Positions 48,013 through 57,820 of a DNA stretch of 64,000 nucleotides are shown piece after piece. The notes under the pieces are model-generated. The model was given only the letters and a program-made list of their open reading frames with translations, had not been told where the DNA came from and ran no database searches. This DNA comes from Chloroflexota bacterium (GTDB lineage Bacteria; Chloroflexota; Anaerolineae; UBA2200): NCBI GenBank assembly GCA_014360905.1, contig JACIWW010000004.1, positions 71,994 to 135,993 on the forward strand, given 5' to 3'. Every line of letters starts with the position of its first letter. Within the stretch, counting starts at the first letter, position 1. The translations under genes and the position numbers were made by a program.

Positions 48013-50442
48013 TCAGCTTAGATCGGTTTCCCTCCCCCAGAACTCACGTACTCTTTGCGCCAGCAATTGATGCTCGGGTTGGGACATGGTGGGATCCTGG
48101 TAAAGCAAATCTTGCGCTGCGCGACGTGCTTGCTCCAGGATACGGACATCCCCCATCTTTGCCACCTTCAGGTCAGGCAATCCGCTTTGGCGCGTCCCAA
48201 AGAATTCGCCAGGGCCACGCATCTTGAGGTCTTCTTCGGCCAACAGAAAACCATCGTTTGTTGTTTCGATGATCTTCAGCCGATGTTCGGCTTCAAAAGA
48301 CGGTGACTCGGCTAACAGCAGACAGTATGACTGATGTTCGCCGCGCCCCACGCGTCCACGGAACTGATGAAGCTGAGCTAGGCCAAAGCGATCAGCTCCT
48401 TCGACCAACATCACGGTGGCATTTGGCACATCAATTCCCACTTCGACTACCGGAGTTGTCACTAGTATATCATATTCTCCATTGCGAAAGCGCGCCATGA
48501 CTTGTTCTTTGTCTGAACTCTTCATTCGCCCATGTAATAACGCCAATTTGAGGTCAGGGAACACTTCATCCCGTAGACGCTCGTACTCATCCACTGCCGC
48601 TTTGGCTTCGATCTTCTCGGACTCCTCAATCAACGGGCATATGATGAAAGCTTGCCGACCCTTTTCGATCTGCCCACGCAGAAATGCGTATGCTCGCTCT
48701 CTTTCCCGAGGTGCAAGCCATTTGGTGATGATTTTCTGGCGATGAGGAGGAAGCTCATCAATAACAGAGAGATCTAAATCACCGTAGATGGTCAGGGCCA
48801 GAGTGCGAGGGATTGGTGTTGCACTCATCACCAACATATGGGGATTATACCCTTTCTGGCGCAAGGCAGCTCGCTGGGCAACGCCAAAGCGATGCTGCTC
48901 ATCCACAATCGCCAAACCCAGATCTTTAAAAATAACCCCTTCCTGGATTAGAGCATGAGTACCAACGATGATATCTACTTCGCCACTTGCGATCTGACGG
49001 CGCCCTTCCTCTTTCTCTGCCTGGCTTAAACTACCTATCAACAACCCAATTCGTGTCTGAGCCATTAGATGAGCAGCCATCTCTGCATGACCTTGGAGTG
49101 CGTCTGCTGCATTCTGCAGCAGGATACTTAGTGTTCGGCAGTGTTGTTCAGCAAGTACCTCGGTTGGAGCCATCAGTACCGCTTGCATGCCATTTGCCAC
49201 CGTTACCAGCATCGCTCCGAGTGCTACAACTGTCTTACCAGAGCCCACATCGCCTTGCAAAAGGCGACTCATAGGATGGGGGCGTTGTAAATCTTCCGTG
49301 ATTTCCCGCAAAGCACGCTGTTGAGCTGCAGTCAATTTGAATGGCAAAGCATTTACAAAAGCGTCTAATAGCGCTTGATCTACAACCATCGGTCGGCCTG
49401 GCTGCTTTTGCCAGGCAATACGTTGGCTCATCACTCCTAATTGAATCAGGAGAAACTCTTCAAAGCAGAGCCGTTGACGAGCACGCGCCAAGGAATCCCA
49501 GCTATCGGGGAAATGCACCTGCTGAATAGCTGTGGCTGCATCAACCAAATGATAACTCTGACACAGCGAGGGAGGCAGACAATCCACCAGTCGCGAGGCC
49601 CATTCTTCGATGGCGGATTTGATCAAGGAACGCATACGCCGTGCAGTCAACCCGGATGTCAAAGGATACACTGGCACTAAACGTCCTGTGTGTACCAAGT
49701 CGCCTGTCAAACGTTCCCATTGGGGAGATTGGAACGTCAAGCGGCCCAAATACTGGTCAACACGGCCGCTGAGAACAATCTGGCGACCCTTTGTCAACTG
49801 CCGTACGAGATACGGCTGATTGAACCAGATCGCTTCTACGAAGCCAGTGCCATCGGAGATTATGGCTCTGGTCAGAGTCTTACCACTACGTGTTTGTTGG
49901 TTTTGCGCTTCCTGCACTATGCCAATAATCGTTACTTCCTCGCCGTACCTGAGTTCGCGGATGGTTTTCAGATTACTGAAATCGTCATAACGGCGTGGAA
50001 AAAGGTAGAGCAGATCTTCCACTGTATGCACGCCAAGGTGAGCTAACCTACGAGCCAAAGCAGATTGCACGCCTCGTACAACGGTCACTGGAGACTTGAG
50101 TCCAGAGCTGGATTGCACTGGCCGGGTCCGCTCCTTGCGCTGTGCATTGCTCTGCGCAGGCTGATGCTCTTCCCTTGCATTTTGTCCACCGATGGAGGAT
50201 TGCAGCATTTCCAGAGTCTCCTGGATAGCAGCGAAGCGCTCCGCAATAGGCTTTTGGGCGTATCCCTGAAGGCGTGCAACGACCTCAGTCACCTGATTCT
50301 GCCGGTCCGGGGGTTCTGCTTCAGCCTTTTGAAGCCAGGTAGCCACAAATTTGTCCAATCCGCCAATGACAATGCGGTTCTGGCAACCATCGGTGCGTTC
50401 TTCGCTCAGTATTTTGATCAACTTATCGAAATCTAAGCCCAT
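48013..50442 (-). CDS. recG: ATP-dependent DNA helicase RecG.
   Basis: 809 aa. Wedge domain, then DExH helicase motifs (GDVGSGKT, DEQHRFGV). 13-nt gap to coaD. Confidence 0.9.
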   Translation of the reverse strand: MGLDFDKLIKILSEERTDGCQNRIVIGGLDKFVATWLQKAEAEPPDRQNQVTEVVARLQGYAQKPIAERFAAIQETLEMLQSSIGGQNAREEHQPAQSNAQRKERTRPVQSSSGLKSPVTVVRGVQSALARRLAHLGVHTVEDLLYLFPRRYDDFSNLKTIRELRYGEEVTIIGIVQEAQNQQTRSGKTLTRAIISDGTGFVEAIWFNQPYLVRQLTKGRQIVLSGRVDQYLGRLTFQSPQWERLTGDLVHTGRLVPVYPLTSGLTARRMRSLIKSAIEEWASRLVDCLPPSLCQSYHLVDAATAIQQVHFPDSWDSLARARQRLCFEEFLLIQLGVMSQRIAWQKQPGRPMVVDQALLDAFVNALPFKLTAAQQRALREITEDLQRPHPMSRLLQGDVGSGKTVVALGAMLVTVANGMQAVLMAPTEVLAEQHCRTLSILLQNAADALQGHAEMAAHLMAQTRIGLLIGSLSQAEKEEGRRQIASGEVDIIVGTHALIQEGVIFKDLGLAIVDEQHRFGVAQRAALRQKGYNPHMLVMSATPIPRTLALTIYGDLDLSVIDELPPHRQKIITKWLAPRERERAYAFLRGQIEKGRQAFIICPLIEESEKIEAKAAVDEYERLRDEVFPDLKLALLHGRMKSSDKEQVMARFRNGEYDILVTTPVVEVGIDVPNATVMLVEGADRFGLAQLHQFRGRVGRGEHQSYCLLLAESPSFEAEHRLKIIETTNDGFLLAEEDLKMRGPGEFFGTRQSGLPDLKVAKMGDVRILEQARRAAQDLLYQDPTMSQPEHQLLAQRVREFWGRETDLS

Positions 50443-50478
50443 AGTTCTCGCATATCCACAGCAGTGAATGCTCGCGTT

Positions 50479-51318
50479 TCATCCTATCCCTTCGTAGACC
50501 ACTACACCCAAGGCATCTGGCCCTAAATAAGTAGCAAGAGTCGCTCCATAGGGTTTGATATCTAGATTCTTTTGAGGAAAGGCATCGGAAAGACGCTCAA
50601 AAAGCATTTGTGCATCATCTGAGGAACGTCCTTGCAGGATTACGACTTTTTCGAAATATGCGAACTCAGCTACAAACTCAAAGAGACGATCTACTGGCCG
50701 TCCTCGGGAGCGAACTTTATCCAGCGGCATGATCTCGCCTTCTTCCACAATCATGAGCGGTCTAGGGCCTGGAAAACTATCAGCAAACGAGCGCCTCCTG
50801 ACGGAATGAACGTATCGTTCCAGATACTCCAAGTTTTCGGCGAAAAAGACCATATAAAGGCGAGGAATCATCCCCCGGATTAACCGCACAATCTCTGCAA
50901 CTGGGGTTCCTCGTTGGGCAGCCTCGGCAGCAGCTACTACCAGAGTCTCAAGTCCCCAGGATATCATTCGTGAATCAAAGACCGTGATCTTACTCCGGCC
51001 TAGAAATGCTCTGGTTGCTTCTTGGGCTGCCTGTACTGTTTTATTCAGTCTTGAGGAGAGATGGATGGACAAAATCTGGTCTGTGTTCTTCATCAATTGG
51101 CTGTACACGCGCTGGAACTCCTCTGAAGGAGGAGGTTCAGCAGTGGGTAGAAACCTGCTTTTGCTCAGTTGTTGGTAAAATTCGTTCCGATCTATGTCTA
51201 CTCCATCAGAGTAGACCTTGGACCCAAAATTGATCTTGATAGGCACGACAGTTATACCTAGTTCAGCGGCAAGGAGTGGTGAGATGTCGGAAGAACTATC
51301 GGTCACTATCCTGATCAT
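50479..51318 (-). CDS. DegV-family fatty-acid-binding protein (FakB-like), adjacent to the FakA-like gene.
   Basis: 279 aa. IVTDSSSDI N-terminus typical of DegV. Confidence 0.8.
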   Translation of the reverse strand: MIRIVTDSSSDISPLLAAELGITVVPIKINFGSKVYSDGVDIDRNEFYQQLSKSRFLPTAEPPPSEEFQRVYSQLMKNTDQILSIHLSSRLNKTVQAAQEATRAFLGRSKITVFDSRMISWGLETLVVAAAEAAQRGTPVAEIVRLIRGMIPRLYMVFFAENLEYLERYVHSVRRRSFADSFPGPRPLMIVEEGEIMPLDKVRSRGRPVDRLFEFVAEFAYFEKVVILQGRSSDDAQMLFERLSDAFPQKNLDIKPYGATLATYLGPDALGVVVYEGIG

Positions 51319-51336
51319 GCTCGCGTCCTCCTCTAA

Positions 51337-53025
51337 TTATTCCACTGAAATGATATAGTGGTAATACGGTTGCTGGCCTTCCACCAACTCGACTTCTTTG
51401 TCTGGGTAGCGCTTCGCTATCCAGGAAATAAGACGCTCAGCTTGCTCCTGAGTGACTGCCTCGCCCCAGTAGACGGTTATGATCTCGTACTGCTCCATAT
51501 CTATCCTCTGCAACACGGCCTGTGTTACCTGTTGCAGGTCATCGTTAGCCTCAACCAGCTCACCATTGAGCAATCCAATGAATTGCCCCCTCTGAACTTG
51601 CAGACCATTGATTTGAACCGAACGGATGGCATTGGTGATCTCTATGGTCTGGATTTGAGAAGCTGCTCGCTCCATCAGGTCTGCGTTGGTTTTCAGGTCG
51701 CTCTGGTAGTTAAAAGCTAATAGAGCTCTGATACCTTGCGGTATGGTCTTGGTTGGAACAATCACGACTTCTTTTTCGGACATCCGCTGCGCCTGTTGCG
51801 CGGCCAGGATGACATTGGGATTATTTGGCAAGACAATGACCTTATCAACGGGCAGGCTGGATATGGCTTTCAGCAGCTCTTCAGTGCTAGGGTTCATAGT
51901 CTGCCCACCAGGTACCGTTGCTCCTGCTCCTAGGCTTTCGAACACCCGCCTAAGTCCATCTCCATTAACCACTGCCACAATTTCAATATCGCTTAGCGGT
52001 TGGGTTGTGGAAACAGGGCGTTGCTCCTGCCTCTGTTGTGCCAGAAATTGCCGATACTGTACCTGCATGTTTTCCACCACTACATCGCGCAGAGTTCCCT
52101 TGCTAGTCGCGTAACTGATGATACGCCCAGGATCGTCTGTATGCACATGTACTTTGATGGTGTGCGCATCCCCAACAACTAGAACGCTTTCGCCCATACT
52201 CTCTATCGTGGCTTGGATATCTTCAATAGGTAAATTCTCCCCCTCGATAAGAAACTGTACGTCGTAACCATATTCACCCTCAGAAAGTGCTCCTTGCTCC
52301 AACTTTGTCGCTGCTCTGATTTCTAGCCTTAGCGGTATTTGCTCTCCGCGCAAGTGGCGCAAAAACCCCTCTAGAATGACGTATAGGCCCTGTCCGCCGG
52401 CGTCAACCACGCCCGCTTCTTTGAGCACAGGCAGCAGTTCGGGCGTGCGCGCTAAAGCATCCTTGGCACGTTCTACCGTCCGTTCCAGCACGTACAGGGT
52501 GTCATTGCTGTCCGCTACAGCGGACATAGCTGCTTCAGCAGCCTCACGCACAACGGTCAGAATTGTCCCTTCAACTGGCCGCATCACCCCTTTATAAGCA
52601 GTCACAGCACCTTCGCGCAAAGCAAGTGCCCAGTCAGAAGCAGTAGGTTGCTCTTTGCCATCCAGGTACTTGGCAATTCCCCGCCATATTTGGGAAAGGA
52701 TCACGCCCGAGTTACCACGTGCACCCATTAGCGCTCCATGCGCCAAAGCACGAGTCACAGCCGCGATCGAGTTCTCCGAAACCGTAGATATTTCCCGTAG
52801 AGCAGCCTGCATGGTCAAATACATATTGGTACCCGTGTCACCATCGGGCACGGGATAGACATTGAGCGAATTGATGAAGTCGATATGTGCCTCTAACCAG
52901 GCCGTGCTGCTTTCGATGAGTCTCTTTAGCTCCTGTCCATCGCAAGCGATTGGTCTATCCTCTTTCCTATTCGTAGGTGGTAACGAATGCCTGCTCGTCT
53001 TGCCTACGTCATCTTGTCCGGTCAA
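51337..53025 (-). CDS. DAK2-domain protein YloV, the likely fatty-acid kinase catalytic subunit (FakA-like).
   Basis: 562 aa. N-terminal Dak2 domain (DGDTGTNM). Conserved operon context asp23-yloV-degV-recG as in Firmicutes. Confidence 0.8.
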   Translation of the reverse strand: MTGQDDVGKTSRHSLPPTNRKEDRPIACDGQELKRLIESSTAWLEAHIDFINSLNVYPVPDGDTGTNMYLTMQAALREISTVSENSIAAVTRALAHGALMGARGNSGVILSQIWRGIAKYLDGKEQPTASDWALALREGAVTAYKGVMRPVEGTILTVVREAAEAAMSAVADSNDTLYVLERTVERAKDALARTPELLPVLKEAGVVDAGGQGLYVILEGFLRHLRGEQIPLRLEIRAATKLEQGALSEGEYGYDVQFLIEGENLPIEDIQATIESMGESVLVVGDAHTIKVHVHTDDPGRIISYATSKGTLRDVVVENMQVQYRQFLAQQRQEQRPVSTTQPLSDIEIVAVVNGDGLRRVFESLGAGATVPGGQTMNPSTEELLKAISSLPVDKVIVLPNNPNVILAAQQAQRMSEKEVVIVPTKTIPQGIRALLAFNYQSDLKTNADLMERAASQIQTIEITNAIRSVQINGLQVQRGQFIGLLNGELVEANDDLQQVTQAVLQRIDMEQYEIITVYWGEAVTQEQAERLISWIAKRYPDKEVELVEGQQPYYHYIISVE

Positions 53026-53078
53026 AACCTTACCTCCATCCCAGCGCTCATAGTACGTGATGAATTGCTCGTCACGTC

Positions 53079-53441
53079 CTACTCACTGCTGTTCGTGCTG
53101 ACTCTCAGACCCTGTATGTGAACGTTGACTGCCCCAATAGGAACACCTAGAGCTTTCTCTACGCGGAATTTGACATTTTCCATAATGTTATGCGCTACTT
53201 CGCTAATGCGGACCCCGTATTCCAAAACCACGTATAGGTCAATGATGATCCGCTGTTCTACCACCTTAACTTGTACACCTCGGCGGTAATTATCGCGGTG
53301 CAATATCTCCGCCAGACCGCTGCGGAGTGTAGGGCATGCCATGCCTACTACGCCATAGCACTCCAGCACTGCTGCAGCTGCTAGCCCTGCAATAGCTGCA
53401 GGTGAAACTTCAATTCGGCCTAATTTGCGCTCTTCAGCCAT
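53079..53441 (-). CDS. Asp23/Gls24-family protein.
   Basis: 120 aa. KLGRIEVSPAAIAGLAA core. Precedes the FakA-like gene as in staphylococcal asp23-fakA. Confidence 0.8.
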   Translation of the reverse strand: MAEERKLGRIEVSPAAIAGLAAAAVLECYGVVGMACPTLRSGLAEILHRDNYRRGVQVKVVEQRIIIDLYVVLEYGVRISEVAHNIMENVKFRVEKALGVPIGAVNVHIQGLRVSTNSSE

Positions 53442-53547
53442 TTATACACTCCCTGCTCCTCGAAAAGATGCGGAAACAGCGCTCAGCATGTCATGCTTCA
53501 TTAGCGCTCTTCATGACATTGAGCACATTCTCCTTTGCCATAAAAAC

Positions 53548-53576
53548 TTGCCTAAAATGCGTTTTTGTGGTAATAT
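53548..53576 (+). promoter_or_regulatory. Sigma70 promoter with an extended -10: TTGCCT, 17-nt spacer, (TGg)TAATAT. It sits upstream of rpmB.
   Basis: Hexamers at 17-bp spacing, about 50 nt upstream of the L28 start. Confidence 0.5.
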
Positions 53577-53627
53577 ATAGTGCTTTTTCCAGTATATTTT
53601 ATTTACATGCAAAAGAGGTAATGTCCA

Positions 53628-53810
53628 ATGTCAGTAAAATGCGATATCTGTGGAAAGGGACCACAGTACGGTCATAACGTAAGCCATTCCAAAAGAGCTA
53701 CGAATCGTCGCTGGTTGCCCAATATCCAAAAAGTAACCGTTCGAGATGGCAATACAATCAGGCGTCTGAACGTGTGCACGCGCTGCCTTCGTACATTGCA
53801 TAAGGCTTAG
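53628..53810 (+). CDS. rpmB: 50S ribosomal protein L28.
   Basis: 60 aa. [11 protein letters not shown]...[11 protein letters not shown] signature. Confidence 0.85.
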   Translation: MSVKCDICGKGPQYGHNVSHSKRATNRRWLPNIQKVTVRDGNTIRRLNVCTRCLRTLHKA

Positions 53811-53827
53811 CTCCTCGCTGTCCTCGG

Positions 53828-53857
53828 AAAGCCAGCACCCGCAAGTGCTGGCTTTTT
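53828..53857 (+). terminator. Intrinsic terminator: aaagccagcac, a ccgcaa loop, gtgctggcttt, then TTTTG. It may act bidirectionally (A-rich 5' flank) for the convergent rpe gene.
   Basis: Perfect 11-bp stem and a T-run, 18 nt after the rpmB stop. Confidence 0.6.
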
Positions 53858-53874
53858 GCTTGAAACACCTTCGA

Positions 53875-54549
53875 TCAGACTTCGATGCTCCTCCGTATTC
53901 TGGAAATTGCCTCTGCCACAGGCTCTTTCGTACCAAATATAGCCTGTCCAGCTACAAGCACAGTGGCTCCTGCTGCTACAACTAACGGCGCAGTCTGAAA
54001 ATCAATCCCTCCATCTACCTGGATAGCCGCGAACGAGCGGCGTTCATCCAGCATGTGCTTTACTTGTCGAATCTTATTGAGCATGCTGGAAATAAACTTT
54101 TGTCCGCCGAAGCCGGGATTGACCGTCATCACCAGAACCGAATCCACATCTTCTAGAATCTCTTGCAAAGACATTGCTGGCGTGGCCGGGTTGAGCACCA
54201 CGCCGGCTTTTGCACCATAACTCTTGATCTGTTGGATCGTACGGTGCAGATGTGGACAGGCTTCCACGTGCACGAGGATCCAGTCTGCTCCTGCAGAGAT
54301 AAAATCAGCAATGTAACGCTCTGGCTCTACGATCATGAGATGGGTAGGCAACGGCAAAGAGGTGACGCGGCGCACAGCTTCAACAATTGCGGGGCCAAAT
54401 GTGATATTGGGCACAAAACGACCATCCATCACATCAATGTGAATGTAATCAGCCCCTCCTGTCTCAGCCTCTTTCACCTGTTCCCCAAGGCGTGTGAGGT
54501 CTGCGGACAGAATGGATGCAGCTATTTTGACTGGTGGTCCACCCTTCAT
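53875..54549 (-). CDS. rpe: Ribulose-phosphate 3-epimerase.
   Basis: Start taken at MKGGPPVKIAASILSAD. HIDVMDG, VNPGFGGQ and DGG motifs co-linear with E. coli Rpe. Confidence 0.85.
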   Translation of the reverse strand: MKGGPPVKIAASILSADLTRLGEQVKEAETGGADYIHIDVMDGRFVPNITFGPAIVEAVRRVTSLPLPTHLMIVEPERYIADFISAGADWILVHVEACPHLHRTIQQIKSYGAKAGVVLNPATPAMSLQEILEDVDSVLVMTVNPGFGGQKFISSMLNKIRQVKHMLDERRSFAAIQVDGGIDFQTAPLVVAAGATVLVAGQAIFGTKEPVAEAISRIRRSIEV

Positions 54550-54587
54550 AAGGCCATAATACTCCGTTTTTGCCAAAAAAGCAAGAA

Positions 54588-55637
54588 CTAATCCGTTTTT
54601 CGCTGACGCGATCGCAGTTGGCCACATCCCGCCTGTATATCAATACCACGCCCCAATCGCACGGTGTTCGCGATCCCCATGCGATTCAGCTCGCGTCGGA
54701 AGGCAAAGATTCGCTGTCGTGTGGAGGGCTGATAATCGCATTCTCCAGTAGGATTAAGCGGGATGAGATTCACATGGCAGAGCAAGCCGCGCAGCAGTTG
54801 GCCCAGTTCCCTCGCTTGCTTTGGGTCGTCGTTAACGCCCTGAATCAGTGCATACTCAAAACTTACCCGCCGTCCGGTTCGCTGCACGTATTCTTGACAG
54901 GCTGCGAGCAACTCTGCTAACGGATAACGTTTGTTGATAGGCACCAGATGGTCTCGCAGCTTGTCGTTAGCTGCATGTAGCGAGATCGCTAGCCCCACAG
55001 AAAGCTCTTCCTGAGCCAAGCGACGAATGCCTGGCACCAACCCAACTGTGGAGATAGTAAATCGCCGTGCTCCCAGGTTGAAGCCTCGATGGTCATTCAA
55101 AACCCTTATAGCATGCAAGGTCGCTTCGTAGTTGGCCAGAGGCTCGCCCATGCCCATGAACACTACATTGGTAACGGTGGCTCCCCGCTCTCGCAGTTGC
55201 TGAGCAAAATAGAGCACCTGTCCCACGATTTCGCCGCTGCTCAGGTTGCGCTTGAATCCGCTTTGGCCCGTGGCACAAAACGGGCACCCCAATGCACAAC
55301 CCACTTGGGTTGAAAGGCACACCGTATGACGCCCCTCATAATGCATGAGCACGCTCTCTATCGTCTCACCGTCCTGCAACTGCAACAATACTTTTGTCGT
55401 CAGACCATCAGCAGAGGTTAGGGTTTCTAGAGGCAGCAGTGGCTGGATGATAGCCAGGTCATTCCACTTGTGACGTAGAGGCAACGGCAGATTGGTCATG
55501 GCGGTAAAATCGAACACCAACTCACGGTAGATCCATGCGAAAAGCTGCTGAGCGCGGAACGAAGGCTCACCCTGTTCGGTGACCCAGGACGCTAGTTGTT
55601 CATAAGACCAATCAGTGAGCAAAATGCTCGCTGTCAT
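54588..55637 (-). CDS. rlmN: 23S rRNA/tRNA m2A methyltransferase RlmN (radical SAM).
   Basis: CLSTQVGCALGCPFCATG radical-SAM cluster motif. PSFRAQQLFAWIY N-terminal region. The start is uncertain (alternative at 55685). Confidence 0.8.
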   Translation of the reverse strand: MTASILLTDWSYEQLASWVTEQGEPSFRAQQLFAWIYRELVFDFTAMTNLPLPLRHKWNDLAIIQPLLPLETLTSADGLTTKVLLQLQDGETIESVLMHYEGRHTVCLSTQVGCALGCPFCATGQSGFKRNLSSGEIVGQVLYFAQQLRERGATVTNVVFMGMGEPLANYEATLHAIRVLNDHRGFNLGARRFTISTVGLVPGIRRLAQEELSVGLAISLHAANDKLRDHLVPINKRYPLAELLAACQEYVQRTGRRVSFEYALIQGVNDDPKQARELGQLLRGLLCHVNLIPLNPTGECDYQPSTRQRIFAFRRELNRMGIANTVRLGRGIDIQAGCGQLRSRQRKTD

Positions 55638-56442
55638 CCCGCAATCCTTCACGCCAGGCTCGATGCAGTGCAGCAACGTCTTCATAGACTAGATCGGGCA
55701 TAAGCGATGAATGAGCCAACTGCTGACGGTCCGTCACCCCGCTCAGTACGAGGATAGTGACTAGTCCCATTCGCCGCCCGCCCAGAATATCTGTATCGAG
55801 ACGATCGCCAAGCATAGCCGTTGTCTTCGGTTCAGCCTGTAGTTTCTGAAAGGCGATCTCAAAGATGATTGGCTGTGGTTTGCCGATAATCAGTGGGGCA
55901 GTGTCCGTAGCGGTTTCAATCGCCGCCAATAGTGCTCCCGCACCTGGAGTCAACTCGCCTTCAGAAGGGAAAGTCTTGTCCGGATTGGTACCAATGAACA
56001 GAGCACCTGCTCGGATGGCGCGAGCCGCAGTTGTCATCTTCTCATAATTGAAATGGTAATCGAGCCCCACCACCACATACGCGACGTCGCTATCTTTGCT
56101 GAGCACAAATCCCTTCTTCTTTAATTCGGCTCGCACACCATGCTCACCAATGAGATAGACCTTGGTGCCAGGTGGAGCGACTCTGGCCAAATACATGGCA
56201 GTGGCCTCACCTGAAGTCAAAATTTCTTCCTCCACTGTTTGTATGCCCATGCGCGCTAATTTGGCAACGTATTGCGACGCTGTGAGTGTCGAATTGTTTG
56301 TGAGCAGGAGGCAATGCACGCCTATCTGACGCAGAAAATGGAGAAATTCGCCTGCCCCTTGGATAGGCGCATTCCCGCGGTAAAGAACTCCATCCATATC
56401 AATGATCAAACTGCGCAGTTGGGTCAACTTGGGAATAGTCAT
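55612..56442 (-). CDS. HAD-superfamily hydrolase, subfamily IIA (NagD-like sugar-phosphatase).
   Basis: 276 aa. IIDMDGVLYRG motif I. LTNNS. C-terminal GD..DTD.LGG. Confidence 0.75.
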   Translation of the reverse strand: MTIPKLTQLRSLIIDMDGVLYRGNAPIQGAGEFLHFLRQIGVHCLLLTNNSTLTASQYVAKLARMGIQTVEEEILTSGEATAMYLARVAPPGTKVYLIGEHGVRAELKKKGFVLSKDSDVAYVVVGLDYHFNYEKMTTAARAIRAGALFIGTNPDKTFPSEGELTPGAGALLAAIETATDTAPLIIGKPQPIIFEIAFQKLQAEPKTTAMLGDRLDTDILGGRRMGLVTILVLSGVTDRQQLAHSSLMPDLVYEDVAALHRAWREGLRDDSEHFAH

Positions 56443-57818
56443 CTTGCTTTGTTCATCCCTTCAGAGGCTTGTTGTTCTGCTTGTATTCGCTCCAAGAGCC
56501 TTCGATAATCGGCATCTGTGTCAATGTCGCAGCAAATTTCCGGAGACTCCACTTCGACAGGCACCACCTTATCTTCAAAGCGTGCGATTACCTGCCGCCC
56601 GCCTATGTCCCCATGTAGAGCTTTCAGCTCGGGAAAAAGGCAGCGGTCGAACAGAGCAGGCGGGCTGCGCCGACCCTCACAGGAGGAGGCGACGATTGGC
56701 TTAGTCGTGCGATAGTACGCTAGTAAGATGCGCTCAAGTGCTGAACTTGTCACTAGTGGCTGGTCAGCCAGGACAAACAGGGCAGCTTCTGATCGGCGAT
56801 CAATCGCCTCAAGTCCGGCACATATAGAGGAACTCATACCTGCTTCCCACTTCTCATTCCACACTGTGCGGCAAGCCGATGGAATGCACGGCGTGATTTG
56901 CTCTGCGGAGCATCCAAGGACGACTATGACCTCGTCTACGCTGGTAGCCATCACCGCATCCAGCACATGCTCAATCATGGTTTTTCCCGCAATGGGCAAA
57001 AGTTGCTTGGGCATTCCGAAGCGTTTTGAAGCTCCAGCCGCCAGGACGACAGCCGAGACCCGACGCCAGCATTCCATGACGGGGTTATCAGTTGCCGCTG
57101 CACCGATAAGCACCCTATCCAGGGGGGAAGCAGCCTTAATCTGGCGCGCTATTTGGCGGGCAATAGCAAGTGCCCTATCATCCTGCACCTTATTGATGAA
57201 AGGCATCACACGAGCATGAGCAGGAGCCCCTTTGAGTGCCCCCTGTTCATGGACAAGGAGTTTTGCCAGAACCGAAGCGTTGATCACTTCCCCAGGTGTC
57301 AAGCCAGTCAGCTCGGCAACCAGTTGAGGACGGTGAACCGCTTCTTCGCCAAGTGTACTGCCAACCACATCTACCCCCACGACGGGCACGAACAGAGTGG
57401 TCTCGATGGGCACTACTGGCTCATAGGCTGCGGGAGCTTTGAGCGACCGCCCCTTGGCTCCGTCAGCCTCAATGATGATTGCATCTGCTAGATTTATCAG
57501 AGTCTCAACTAAACCTAGATCAATGCCCTTCAGTTTGTTCTCTGTCTCAAGACGCTGGGCAGCCAATGTGATCAGGCTGTTATGGTGTAGAGACTCCTTG
57601 ACTAGACACAAAGCTTCTGCTGGGTCGCTAGATACAACCAAATCTTCCATTGGTCCAAGGGATGGTGGGCGTATCATGGTCGTGGTGGTCACGATCACGT
57701 GCCAGCCAAGGCTGACCAACTCACGGCCTAAGCGGCACATGGCCGTGGTCTTCCCTCCTGCTCCCACGAAGGAGATCACGTCGCCCTTGTGAACTTGCAA
57801 TGCTTCCCAGAGTTGCAT
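56439..57818 (-). CDS. Fusion protein. The N-terminal half is YqeC-like (selenium-dependent molybdenum-hydroxylase accessory family). The C-terminal half is MocA/MobA-like (molybdenum cofactor cytidylyltransferase).
   Basis: 459 aa. N-terminal FVGAGGKTTAM motif as recalled for the YqeC family. C-terminal LAAGASKRFGMPKQLL nucleotidyltransferase motif of MobA/MocA. Stop is 2 nt from the ygfK-like start. Confidence 0.5.
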   Translation of the reverse strand: MQLWEALQVHKGDVISFVGAGGKTTAMCRLGRELVSLGWHVIVTTTTMIRPPSLGPMEDLVVSSDPAEALCLVKESLHHNSLITLAAQRLETENKLKGIDLGLVETLINLADAIIIEADGAKGRSLKAPAAYEPVVPIETTLFVPVVGVDVVGSTLGEEAVHRPQLVAELTGLTPGEVINASVLAKLLVHEQGALKGAPAHARVMPFINKVQDDRALAIARQIARQIKAASPLDRVLIGAAATDNPVMECWRRVSAVVLAAGASKRFGMPKQLLPIAGKTMIEHVLDAVMATSVDEVIVVLGCSAEQITPCIPSACRTVWNEKWEAGMSSSICAGLEAIDRRSEAALFVLADQPLVTSSALERILLAYYRTTKPIVASSCEGRRSPPALFDRCLFPELKALHGDIGGRQVIARFEDKVVPVEVESPEICCDIDTDADYRRLLERIQAEQQASEGMNKAR

Positions 57819-57820
57819 CT

